The position numbers and the translations under genes are program-made. Below are positions 50,242 through 61,952 of a DNA stretch of 64,000 bases, piece by piece. Every line of letters begins with the position of its first letter. Position 1 is the stretch's first letter. The stretch lies in contig JAHLWZ010000815.1 in NCBI GenBank assembly GCA_020536535.1, positions 1-64,000 on the forward strand, given 5' to 3'. The notes below the pieces were generated by a model that saw only the letters and a program-made list of their open reading frames with translations, was not told the DNA's origin and did no database searches. This stretch comes from Pelomyxa schiedti. Taxonomy: Eukaryota; Protista; Evosea.

Positions 50242-53200
50242 TTATGACCAGACTACTATGGAATGAGTTGAGAAAATAGCCCATAGAACAGTGAGGAGGA
50301 GTCCACTGCCGCCGTCAGAAACGATGCCAATGCTGTTGACACCGGCTCTGTTTGGTTTGGTGAGGCCTGATTGAGGTTCATCTGCTCGGTTTGTATTTGT
50401 TGCCGAGGTAGGAGGATTTGCGGTTGTATTGCGTTCTCTCAGAGTGTCAACTAGTGTGCCGGTGCCAGCTTCCCACACACATACAGCCCCATCATCATGG
50501 CCGGTCACAACGAAGTTACTGTATGATATTATGGTGGTTGTGTGGGGGTGCTGTGCCACACTGGGGCACTGTGTGATAACTGAGCCGGAGGAACTAAGGC
50601 AGAGAAGCACCCCGTCTTGGGAAACCCATATGCCGCTGCTGGAGCTGCACATGGCAGTGACAGGAATGCGGGATGGTAAGCTGTGTGTAACCTTGTACTC
50701 AAAGTTCTCCACCCCATAAACGAGAATATCACCATGGCTGGTGCCCAGCCATACTAGGGTTCTGTTGGTCTGGAGACCACACTGCACAATGACACCGTCA
50801 AGTGTGTGTACAGTATACTGCGGATTTTCTTGTGATTCTGCTGGGAGAATTACCAGCTGAGAAGAGGCGAACGAGACGTTGATCCCAAAGGCCCAAACGG
50901 TAGCCAGTCCATTGTCGTGTAAAGTTACGGGAAACAATACAGAGACGTTCAAGTGTGTTACATCATGTTCCCTAATCTATGAACCAGTAAGATTTCTCCA
51001 GTTGGAAGGACGTACTTGAGTATACAGAAGAGCTGAGGGATCAATGCAACAGATTGTCCCGTTATTCAAACTACAGAAAACTTTTCCTCCCGCTGGTATA
51101 ATCTGCAATGCTTTGGCAGGTAGAATAATCCGTGACTCTGTGGGTTCACAAGTATTTGTAGTGTAGATTAAAATTGCACGTTTGACGACAACCCAAACGT
51201 GTTTTTGAACAACACAAATCAGTCTGGGATTCTGTGGTACGGGTGTGAATTGTGATTTGAGTATCATTGAGGAACCTTGATTTCTGGGGGCATGGGTACT
51301 TGTGTTGGAGTGAAGTTTTGGAATGGTGATTGACCTTCTTTGAACCTTTTACGCATAAGTCCCTCTGGAGTATTTCAAATGAAAATTGATTCATTTTAGT
51401 GACACTGAGGGTTTAAGGGCAGGAGAAGATTGTACTTGATGGAACAGAGTTTCTATGACTTTGGACAAGTTCTTGTGACAACTTCACAAGTTGCATGTAT
51501 TCTTTGTAAAGACCAGCAGTTTGCTCAGGGGTTATTGTAGAGATATCAATGTTCGTGTAGCAAAGGTTGTTCAACAATTCCTTTCGGACATTTAGAAAGT
51601 TCAAAACCACAGTAGCTGAATCGTACAGAGAGAGATTGTGATGCATCTCCAGCCCGAAGATCACAGAGTCCTCCAGGTAAGTCTGAACTGTTGGAAGGAG
51701 AAAGAATAAGAGCACTATAGTACAAATATGAATTCCTACATGTCTTTGGTAGAATTGGATGTTGGGGGCTGTACTGACAACTCAGTTGAAGATGGAGCTT
51801 CTCTTCAAAAGGTTACCAACTATAAGAGAAAAAGAAGGAGGCTTAGGGCAGGAGAAAATACTTGAGGGGTGTGGAGGGGGTCGCAGGTTCTTTGCGTTTC
51901 TTGGATGACTTTGAATCTGCATTGCTAAAAAAAAAACAGTTATCACAAAGGGAGACGTTCATCTGAACCTGAGAATTGACGATTCTGCACATTTGGTGAC
52001 TTCTTCAACTGTAAGAGTCTCAATGAAGGTTGTTGCTGAAATGAGATGTGTAAAATAACAGTAAGCTTCCCCAAATCTTTCTTCTGGGTCAATAAATCGA
52101 GATATGTAGCTGAGTGAACAGGTGAGGCAACAATGCAGCTGTGGGAATACCATACGATAAATTGGAGTGCATGTGCGGCAATTTTGATCGTATCACTAAA
52201 TATATTAGAAGGGGCAAGAAGTCATCGGCGCCTGCGCTGCTGCCTTCTCCTTGGAGCATATCTTGTGCTCACTTACTTTTGTTTGAATAAGAGAAGGGCT
52301 GGTACATGTGAGTACAATGCAAGCATTCAAAATGCAGGTAAGTTTCTCCCAAGGAGACTGAAATTCATCGATGGCTACCAAGCCTATCACACTTTCAACG
52401 GCGAACAGGTAAGGAGGGGGAACAGTACCATCCTGGGCATGCTGCAAAATATCTTCATCAGAAATAGTCACACGAAGTTCCAGATGATGTGGCTTTATAT
52501 GAGGGAAAAGACTCACAGTATGTTTCCAAAATGCAGTGTCTTTCTCTTGGAGATGCTTCTTGAGGTACAATCTTATAGGTGGATTACAATTCCGTGATAT
52601 TCTTAAAGATATCTTACTTGGAGAATAAGTTTTCAAATACATATTTATGCATGCTGTTTTTGGCATTTCCGAACGCATCTTCTGACATTTTGGGCCAAGG
52701 TCCCATGTGATGCATGGTACTTTCAGCATCCAGCAAAAAGTTCATAACTACTGTAGCCTCCCCATCCATTGACATTCCACGTACTTGCTTATCAAACCCA
52801 CGGAAAAACCTTAATATTTAATTTAAAAGGGACAATCGGACAATTCAAACAAACTCTTCAAAGGCCTTTTTCACCTGAGAGCATTCTGGTGAGTACAAGT
52901 GTTTTAAAAAGGTACGATACGGATCTGCTGCAGGGTCAGCTTTGATTTTAACCTGCTAGTTTTTGAGTTTGTTACTATGGGTTTTTTGTGGAGTTACCAC
53001 CGGAACAGTGGGCATTGGTGGGGCTTTGGGGCGGACTTGCTGCATTCAAAGTAAGTAGAATAGGGATGTAAGCACTTGCACAAACATGCTTTGCAAAAAA
53101 TCCATCGACATCGTCATCGTCATCATCAAAGAGTTTGTCTTTCGGTGGTGGTGACACAGACGTAGTCAATTTATTGTATGATGTTACAGCTCCTTCGTCT

Positions 53201-54002
53201 TTAATTGAAGTTTCCACCTGGGTAGTACTTGCTGAAAGAGAACTCGTGGTGTTGCGTTTTGCGTTGCTGTGTGATATATCTGCACCAAAGAGTGGTGGTG
53301 ATGGTGTTAGTGTTGGTGCAACAACTGGTTTTTCAGAACTGGGACCTAAGAAAAGAAGTGAGTTGAGTACTTAAAATAGGTTAGTACTTGGTGAAGCGGA
53401 CTGTGTTAACCTCGATGTGCGCTTACTCCCAATAAATTTGGACAGAATCCCACCCCCATAGGAGGTAGAAGACCTCCCAGGAGATCCCGGCACAGTAATG
53501 CCAGGTGGGGATGGCGTTCTCTCCAGTATTCCCAGAGGAGTTTTCATAAATACCACAGGTTCATTCACTACAAGAGGATAGTTACTATAGAAGACGATTG
53601 ACCCATTTATGATAAATTCCCATTGCAGAAAAGGAAACAAACCGACGCCACAGATGTACAGTTCAATGAAGCAAGCCTTGGGTCCCTGATTGCCCACCAA
53701 CTGTGGCCCAAAGTGACGCCTCAGAAGCCGCTCCCAAACATCAACCGCGTCGCACACTTCACGTAACACCTTGCTCGTCATTGATAACCTCACAACCTCT
53801 TGCTTTTGTGTAAACAAATAACATCATTCGTGATATTACCACCAACAACAACAACAACAACAACAATAACAACAACAACTAGCAGACATTGCCACACACG
53901 AAACAGGAAAAACAAAAAAAAAAAGACCTTACCTTTGAAATCAAGAAATGGCACAAATGATGCCGCTACGCGCTTGACGCTTTCATCGTCAAGTGCATTC
54001 AT
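50242..54002 (-). CDS. F-box + VPS9 (Rab5 GEF) + C-terminal beta-propeller protein
   Basis: F-box: MNALDDE...FLDFKEVVRLSMTSKVLREVC...WERL. VPS9: PWEKLTCI...ADDFLPLLIY...SYISRF...GEAYCYFTHLISATTFIE. WD40-like: VWLGTSHGDI and VTGHDDGAVCVWE. Confidence 0.85.
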
Positions 54003-54273
54003 CAAAGTTGTGTTGTTACAGTGATCTACACAGACCACCAATCAGTGTAAAAACTACTGGGGGAAAAAAAAGAACAGAAAAGACAAATAGATGAGAAGGA
54101 AATCTGTTGTCTAGTAGGGCAGAAAATTTTGATTGTGATGGCCCGATTTTTGGTGGCGAAATGGGTGTTTGGTTCGTTAGTGTTATGGATTGGTATGTGT
54201 TATGATAGTCGCGTGGTTGTGCTTTTGTTACTGGTAGCGTGATCTCAGTCTGATCAAGTCAAACCAAACCAAA

Positions 54274-57200
54274 TCAAGACTTCTTTCCAATCAGGGCAAA
54301 GAGGTCGTCAGTGTCGTCATCATCGCCACCAAATAGGCTCGTGCTCGTGTTCTTCTTTGCCGGCGCCGACGTTGTGGATTTAGTTGGTGCTGTTGTTGAT
54401 GATGATGATGATGTTGATGGTGGTGGTGTTGTCTTCTTCTGCGATGTTGATGACGAAGAAGGTGAGAGGAAGTCCGCACCATCGTCCTCATCGCCCTCGT
54501 CAAACAGTGAGGATGATGATGACTTCTTGGCGGCCTTGGTTGTTGATGATGATGAAGATGATGATGAAGAGGATGAGGTGGGGGGTGTGGCCGCGGGGGT
54601 GCGGGTGGGTTCAGGCTGGGCCTGCTTCTTGGCAGCCGGCTGTGTTGGTTGTGACGGGAGGGGGCTGTTGAGGATGGCGAAGAGGGGGTCCTCCGCCACC
54701 GGTGTGGTTTTTGTGGATGACTTGGCCGCGGCCGCCCTCTCGGCCTTTTCCCTCTCCCTCTCCCGTTCCCTTTCCTTCTCCTTCTCGGCCGCTGCTCTCT
54801 CGGCCGCTGCCTTCTTCTCGGCCGCGAGCTTGTCCGCTGCCGCCTTCTCGGCTGCGGCTGCGGCCTTCCTTTCGGCCGCTTCGGCCGCGGCCTTCTCGGC
54901 GGCCCTCCTTTCCGCCGCGGCCAGCTTTTCGGCGGCGGCGGCTTTCTCGGCTGCCTTGGCTTTTTCAGCTGACGCAGACGCTTTGGGTTCGGGAACTGGG
55001 GGCTCTATAATCACGTCTTCGGCATCACTGCCGTCCTGTAACAGCAAGAGTTAGAGACGTGATGCTTGCGTTGGGGAGAACACACATGGCTCGGTGGTTG
55101 TGGTATTTTGTTTGTTTCTTCTTCCTCCTCCTCAGCGGCTTCTTCTTCGTCGTCCCATTTTTCTTTTCAATCTAAGAAACGCAAAAGTGGAAAAGGAAAT
55201 TTAAGGATACCTTCTGCCCCATCTTTCTCGGCTGTGTCTTCACCATCACCTTTCCCATCTTCCTCACCACCTTCCTCTGCCCCTTCCTCTCCTTCAGCTT
55301 CAGCTTCGCCTTCGGCTTCTTCTCCTTCTGCTTCTGCTTCACCTTCTTCTGCCTCACCTTCATCTCCCTCTTCTTCTCCTTCAGCTTCGGCTTCTCCTTC
55401 TGCATCGGGCTCTTTTCCTCCATCAGCCTCTGCTTCAGATCCCTCTGGATCAACTTCTGCCTCGGGTTCGTTTTCTTCAGACCCCTCTGGGTCAACTTCT
55501 GCCTCGGGCTCATTTTCTTCCGAACCCTCTGCTTCTACTTCTGACCCTTCTGCGTCAGGTTCAGGTTCTTCCTCCACTTCTGCTTCAGCATCTGCAGTAT
55601 CACCTTCTTCAGGCTCCTTTCCAGAAGCTTCACTTGCCTTAGACTTGTTTGCCTTCACATCTTCTCCTGGTGCTTTGTTTTCATCTTTCACCTCAGGTAC
55701 TTTCTTAACTGGTTCTGCACTCACCACTTTTTTACTTTTTTTACTGCTACTACTGCTGCTGCTGAGGCTCTTCTTCGAGGGTTCTGGGGCAGTTACAGTT
55801 TTGGTTGTGGGGGTGGTTGTGGTAGTTGTGGATGTGGATGTAGATATTCCCGTTGACTTGACAGGCGCTAACGATGAAGTGGTAGAGGGGGGTACTTTCA
55901 TTTCCACAACCGGCTACATTTTGAACAGAAATTTTCAGTCACAAGACCTAATTAGATAATGTTTACCTTTGTTTCCTTATCATCATCCGAGGCTTCATCC
56001 ATGGTGAGAGTGAAGACAAAAAAGTATGTATGCTACCTTTATCTTCCTCTTCAGAAGAGGATGAAACCAAGAAGTCATCCAGCATGTTGGAAGATGTGTC
56101 AGAGATTTTTTCCTGGATAATGGACAATACAGTACTGCCAGTGAACGTTTCTTCCGGAGCGAACTCTGCACTGAGAACTCCATCAATTGCGTCAGTCAGC
56201 TTTGTGACACATAAATAGGACAAAATTATTTGGGGATCGTACCTCCTTAATAAAACGGCGAGTCTTAACTTTCATTCTTATCTTCATCCGGGTTTTGTCT
56301 TTCTTTGTCCTGTGATGGTCAGTACAGATATTTGAGAAGGCGGATCCTTACAGAGATGCAGAGACAGGTGGCACCGCTTTTCCAGCAACTGCTGAGAGAG
56401 AAGAAACCTTCTTCTCCAACTCGTCACGCAATGTCTTCTCTTTGGCAAGTTGCTTATCACATTCCTGGAAATGTTGAGGAAAATTTTTTGGCGGACAGAC
56501 CTACCAATTTGAGGGCTTCAAGTTTCTCCAAGTTCTCATGTGTAAGATCTTCCAACCTCTGCTTCCATTTGCGATCGTTTTCTGCAATAACTCGATCCAT
56601 ATCCCCGCCCTTCTTCCTGTTGGATTTAACTAAACTTTTCTGAATCCTCACAACATACAATTTCTCAATCGTTTTTTCAAGCTTATCAATTTTTTCTTGT
56701 AGTTCATCTTTCTCTTGTTGTATAGCTTTTTCAGCCTACTCAAATTGGCGTTGGATGAAACAACAAAGACCCATACTTTTTTAATTGCTGAAGCCTGCTT
56801 TGCTTTTGTAGTTTCGAGATCTTTCTCAGCTTGAGTAAGCTTTTCGGCAGTTTCTTCATATAATTTTTCAAGGTCATCTCGTTTTCCTTTAATTTTCTTG
56901 ATCATCTCAGCATCTGAACAGTGGCATTAAAACCCGACATTACAAAACTCAGTTTCACCTTCTTCCGCGTGCTGTTCAGCCCTCTGGGCTTTATATTCGA
57001 GTTTTGCCTTCTCATCAGTAAGGGATTCAATCAAACCCCTTGATGTTTTTAATTGTTCCTGAAGGGTCTGAAGTTCATCTTGCTTGGCACTCAATTCTCT
57101 TTTGTTTTGTTGGAGGAAGGAAAATAGCTTTGGAGCCATACGCTTTAATTTGTTGCATTTGTGTTCCAATTTTAGAACTAGCAAGATTAGCTGCAGCCAT

Positions 57201-59429
57201 TTCAAGTTCAACTTGGGACTTGGTTTTCTACAAGTATGTTAGACATAATGAAGAAGGGTAGCTTCCAACCTGCACAACTTCAAGTTGGTTTTGAAGTCCC
57301 TGAATTTTTTCTTGAAGCTGTGCTTCTCGATTTACCATAGTGCGGGTATTTTCTTCCAGTAATCTAAAAAGAGTAAACTATTTTTGAAGTTGCAGGGTCC
57401 CACCTCTCATTTTTATCTTGCAACTCAGCAATTTTTTTCTTTAAAACATCAATGGCTTCTGTGCGATCATTGACATCTAGCCTGTGTCTCTCGTTTTCAT
57501 CCACCAGGCGTTGTAGGGTGTGAATTATCATCTGGCCACTGACGGTTCCATCTCCACTTTTTCCAGGTGGGACTGGTAAATTGATAAGAAAAGTGAAAAT
57601 TGTAAACAGCCCAAACCTTTGAATTCTTCAACTTTACGTGAGACTTCATCTAATCTGGAGAACACAACGGCCAAGTTGCTGCGCAATTCTGTGCGGAACT
57701 CGCTCTCTTCCATAAGAGCTTGAACAGTTTCAGTTGCAGAGGAGGTGGCCTACAATATGAAAAAATGAATTGCCAAGAAAGCCCAAGAAGGTGCATACGA
57801 TAACTGGTGCTGGAGTTGGAGTTGGAGGTGCTACAGGTTGAGGTGGAAGAACATTTTGGGGTTGGATCATTGCTGGAGCCTGCATAACCGATGGAGATTG
57901 CAGGACTGCTGATGTTGGTTGCATTATTGGTTGCGTTGGTGTGGCCATATACATTGTTGACCCGTACATATTCTGTAGGTATAAGTACACTAATACTTGC
58001 TGGGTACCATACCTGATTTGGGGACGGCGGGGTGTACAAAGCCAAAGCATTTGAAGAAGAAGTCTACATAGCTTCATAAATAATAAAGAGAAACCTACAG
58101 AAATTCTAACCTGCGGTAGCATACTAGCTAGAGATGGTGGACTATTCATCCCCATGTTGTTCATTCCTTGCATGCCCATATTGTTCATTCCTTGCATGTT
58201 GTTCATTCCCATATTGTTCATTCCCATAGCGTTCATGCCCATGTTGTTCATTCCCATGTTGTTCATTCCCATAGCGTTCATTCCCATGTTGTTCATTCCC
58301 ATGTTGTTCATGCCCATGTTGTTCATCCCCATGTTGTTCATTCCCATGTTGTTCATCCCCATGTTGTTCATTCCCATGTTATTCATGCCCATAGGATTCA
58401 TGCCCATGTTTCCCATGTTGTTCATTGGCATGCCACCAGTGTTCCCCATTCGTTGTTCTGGTACACATGAGATTGGTTAGTGGTGTTGACAATCTTACGG
58501 TCAGACTGTAAAGCAGACTCTGCAGCCACACGCTGCATTTTTTGTAGCAATACACTTCTATCTGAATTCCCAGAATCATCGTCATCTACCCTAAAAAATA
58601 AAAATCCAGACTCTTAACCCGATTCTTGTTTGGAAAGGAAGTGTACATTCTATTTGGCATTTGTATCGATGTTGTGGATGGAGCTGTCCCTCTCTTCAGT
58701 TTTGCAACTTCAACTTCCAGTACAAGAGGGTCCTTTTTTGATCCTCGGCCTGTGGTATAATAAACAACCAACCAACATTCTACGTTGTACCATAAACAAG
58801 ATGCGACGGGATAATGCAAATTCGTTTGCCACCTTTTTTCATTCCCACAATGCCTTCTGTGTATCCAGCAGCCTGGGCAAACTTAGGAAGAAAGTACTTA
58901 TAAAAACCTGTACCGAATTATCTCCCAGGGTTAGCTTAAATTCATTGTTGCTGTTTGTGTTCGTTTCGGTAACTACAAGTGTGAGAAAGTCAATCTAGGT
59001 CAGGAAAAAGAAACCAGAAACTATTTTTCCATTTTCATCAACGGACCAAATAGAGAATTTAATTGCAACAGTGTCTCCAACAAGAACTCCCTTTCAAGTG
59101 GTGACAATTAAATAGGATAGGGAAGGTCAAGATCAGATACTTTGCCTGCTTTTGGCACAAGCAAATCGAGTGTTGTCACATTAGGTGAAGTGCTCCCCCA
59201 AAATTTTGCCAGGGCAACATGCATAGCAAATCTTGTTTTGTTATTAGTCGAACGCCTAATTTTTAGCCCAAAGACTCACTTCTTGCTTTCATCATCACTC
59301 TTGAAATGTACCGACCAATTTTGCTTTGCATTATCATAGAAGTTGGCATACCCATTGTCTTGCACCTTATTATTTATTGTGGTCAATAAAGCAATACCAC
59401 TAAAACAACAAAACCCAATTTCTACTACC

Positions 59430-59487
<58 letters not shown>

Positions 59488-59854
59488 AGAAGAAGGAAGA
59501 AGAATACCGTCCACCCAAAATTAGGAACGATGTCGGCCGTACACAAATTTTGTCTGTCGGCTCTGTATAACAACAAGTGGGCTAGTGACGTCGCCGTGAC
59601 CGTTTGCTTGGTGCCCATCACGGCCACCCCGGCCTGCCCCAAGTTGTTGAAGTTGCCTCCCTCGCTGTCAAAAAAAACCATTATGGGATGAACATTCCAC
59701 TCCGCCCCAACAACTACCTCGAACAGCAGCAACAGCAACCACCACAACCACGACCACAACAACAGAGCCAGAAACAACAAGAACACAACAAAGGAGGGAA
59801 AAAGAAGGGGTACTTTTTGTGGACCGTCACCTGGCAGAACGTGAGGTACGACAT
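54274..59854 (-). CDS. FKBP15: FKBP15/WAFL-like protein (WH1-like domain, FKBP domain, Met/Gly/Asn repeats, long coiled coil, acidic tail)
   Basis: GQAGVAVMG...LLLY...NGYANFYDNAKQNWSVHF..FAMHVALAK resembles the FKBP15 N-terminus. FKBP: VGDTVAIKF...EGIVGMKKGGKRICIIP...LVLEVEV. The coiled coil and the distal exons join in frame. Confidence 0.85.
58154..58440 (-). repeat. Coding 15-nt tandem repeat (MGMNN)n
   Basis: ATGGG(A/G/C)ATGAACAAC units, about 15 copies. Confidence 0.9.
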
Positions 59855-60147
59855 CACACCAGCCCCGTGTTTTGTTTTTTCTGTTTTTTCAGCCCCAAAA
59901 AGTGGCCAGAAACTTTTCTTTTGATGAATCTATTTTTGCCACGACGATTGATAAAGCAATGGTTGTTTCCATCACAAGAAGCCTGCGATCCGGTTTGTCA
60001 TCGGTGTTTGGGTATTGCCACGATGATGTTCTGGGCACCCTCTCTCTGCCCAGCAGTTCTCAGCATCCTGATCTGATCTCCCAGTCAGAACTCCCTTTCG
60101 GGGGTATTCTGTCGAACTTGTACAAGAAAAGGAAAAGTGCATTCTTC

Positions 60148-61126
60148 ATGGCCACGGGCGGGAGCGGTGCTCTGTTCGACGTTTCTCACAGCTGCTCCGT
60201 TGCAGTTGCACTCGCGATCGCGGGCGGGTTTTGCCTCTTTGGCGGGATCGTCTCGCGTCGGCCGGCGGCGATCGCGCGCCGCGTCGTCGGCGTCGCGCTG
60301 GTGGCGAACGAGGTGACGATGCACGTGAGGAAGTACCACGAGGGCACGTGGTCCCTGACGACATGCCTGCCGTTTCATTTTTGCGATTACGCGATCTGGT
60401 GCAGCGTGTACGTTCTGCTAACCAACGGGCCATCCGTTGCGCGCCGTTTACTTTTCGGTGTGCTTTTTACTTTTGTTTTTTTTATCCCCTCTAAATAGAG
60501 CATACTTCAGTTCTTCAGTCCCAATCCGTCCTTTTATTGGGACTTGCTTTTGCGTTAAAAAAACAGGTGCTTGTGCTAATCATTTTGTTACAGAATTCGT
60601 TGCGCTTGTTGGCTCCCCTCTTGCATTCCATGGTCTTTTAACTCCCACACTACAACCTGGTCCTAGTGCCGCCTTTATGAACTTCGTCGTATGTCACGGC
60701 TTGGCTTTTGCAGCTCCGTACGTAGCGTTTTCGACAGATAGCACCCTGCACCTTACATCACGCCCGACATCAAAGCTTGCAGCTTCTCTTCGTGCAACTG
60801 CAAGGCAAATTGGCTTTGGTAATGTTTTGCTGTTACTATCCTCAGTTGTGAACGCATTGGTTCCGGGAGCAAACTACATGTTTTCCTGTCACAAGCCCAA
60901 CACCGCATCCATATTTGACCTCCTAGGACCTTGGCCCATTTACCTAGTTGTCATGGAACTAGTTCTTGTACCTCATACAGCATTTGTCCACTTTGTATTT
61001 GTGGCACTAGGAGCCCTAAGAACCAGAGTTCAGAGGTGGTTTGTCTCCCGCCACCCAACCAACAACAACAATGGTGTTACACAAGCAACACCAAATAAGA
61101 AGAAAGCACTAAAAAAAAAGCATTAA
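60148..61126 (+). CDS. YwaF / TIGR02206-type integral membrane protein
   Basis: LPFHFCD, LLTPTL, FVVCHG and GANYMFSCHKPNTASIFDLLGPWPIY; at least one intron near 60460-60570. Confidence 0.82.
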
Positions 61127-61139
61127 AAACCACACAAAA

Positions 61140-61290
61140 CACGTGAAACAGCACTCGGCGAGGAACAGACCGAAAAAGAATTCCAAATTGCCAGCTCCGT
61201 ACCCACAATTTAGTCCCACAGAAAACTTACGCCAAAAAAAGAACGAGTTCGGGCCCTAAAACTTTGAGGAGTGCTTGGCCCACTTAGGTG
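61140..61290 (+). repeat. Dispersed repeat of about 150 bp, copy 2, followed by a GC-rich non-coding block to about 61860
   Basis: Matches the reverse complement of 37230-37382. Confidence 0.88.
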
Positions 61291-61952
61291 GAGCTCAAAT
61301 GCTGTCATGGTTCCCAAACAAATCTACTCATCAATCCTGCATTTACGTGGTCCCTTGCCCCCGCAGGATTGCTTCCACATGCCCAGAGGGTCAAACCTCT
61401 GGGACGGAGGAGATCCTCAGGGGAATAACGGGGGACTCCAGTCCAGAGGGGGGCGCCCTTTGGCCTGAACTCTACTTCCGTTTTCCCAGTGTCACAAGAC
61501 GAGGTCCAGAGACTCCGGGGGCTCCGGAGAGGGACTGGACCCCCCGGGGAGGATCAGCCGCACAGGGGGCGCCTGTGGGTCCCTCCCTGACCCCCTTGGC
61601 CAACTTTTCACTAGCCCTCAGATTCGCCGGAGACCCCCACCACAGGGCCTGCGGCGGCCCAGTCTGGGGGCTAGCCGGCCAAGGGGGGCCCCGAAAGACA
61701 CACCCCATATTCTAAAATGACTAATAGGCATGTGTGCCGCTCTTGGTCTCCCCCCAATCCCCGATGGGGTTGGGAGCGAGTCCAAAAGAAAGGGCGGCAC
61801 GCAGAGCCTAGAATCCCGTGTTGTTCAATCTCCGGTACTGGTGGGTTGGGCACTCCTCATTTTTTTTTTGTTGGGTGTAGTGGTATTCCGCATTGGAACA
61901 CTAGTTGGGAGAATATGTGGATTGTGAAAGTGTTGTTGGATGTAAATACGAT

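Noticed and set aside
59433-59485. 53-nt poly-A run as a possible retroelement tail
   Set aside because: It is a poly-T tract in the sense strand of an FKBP15 intron, with no element body or TSD.
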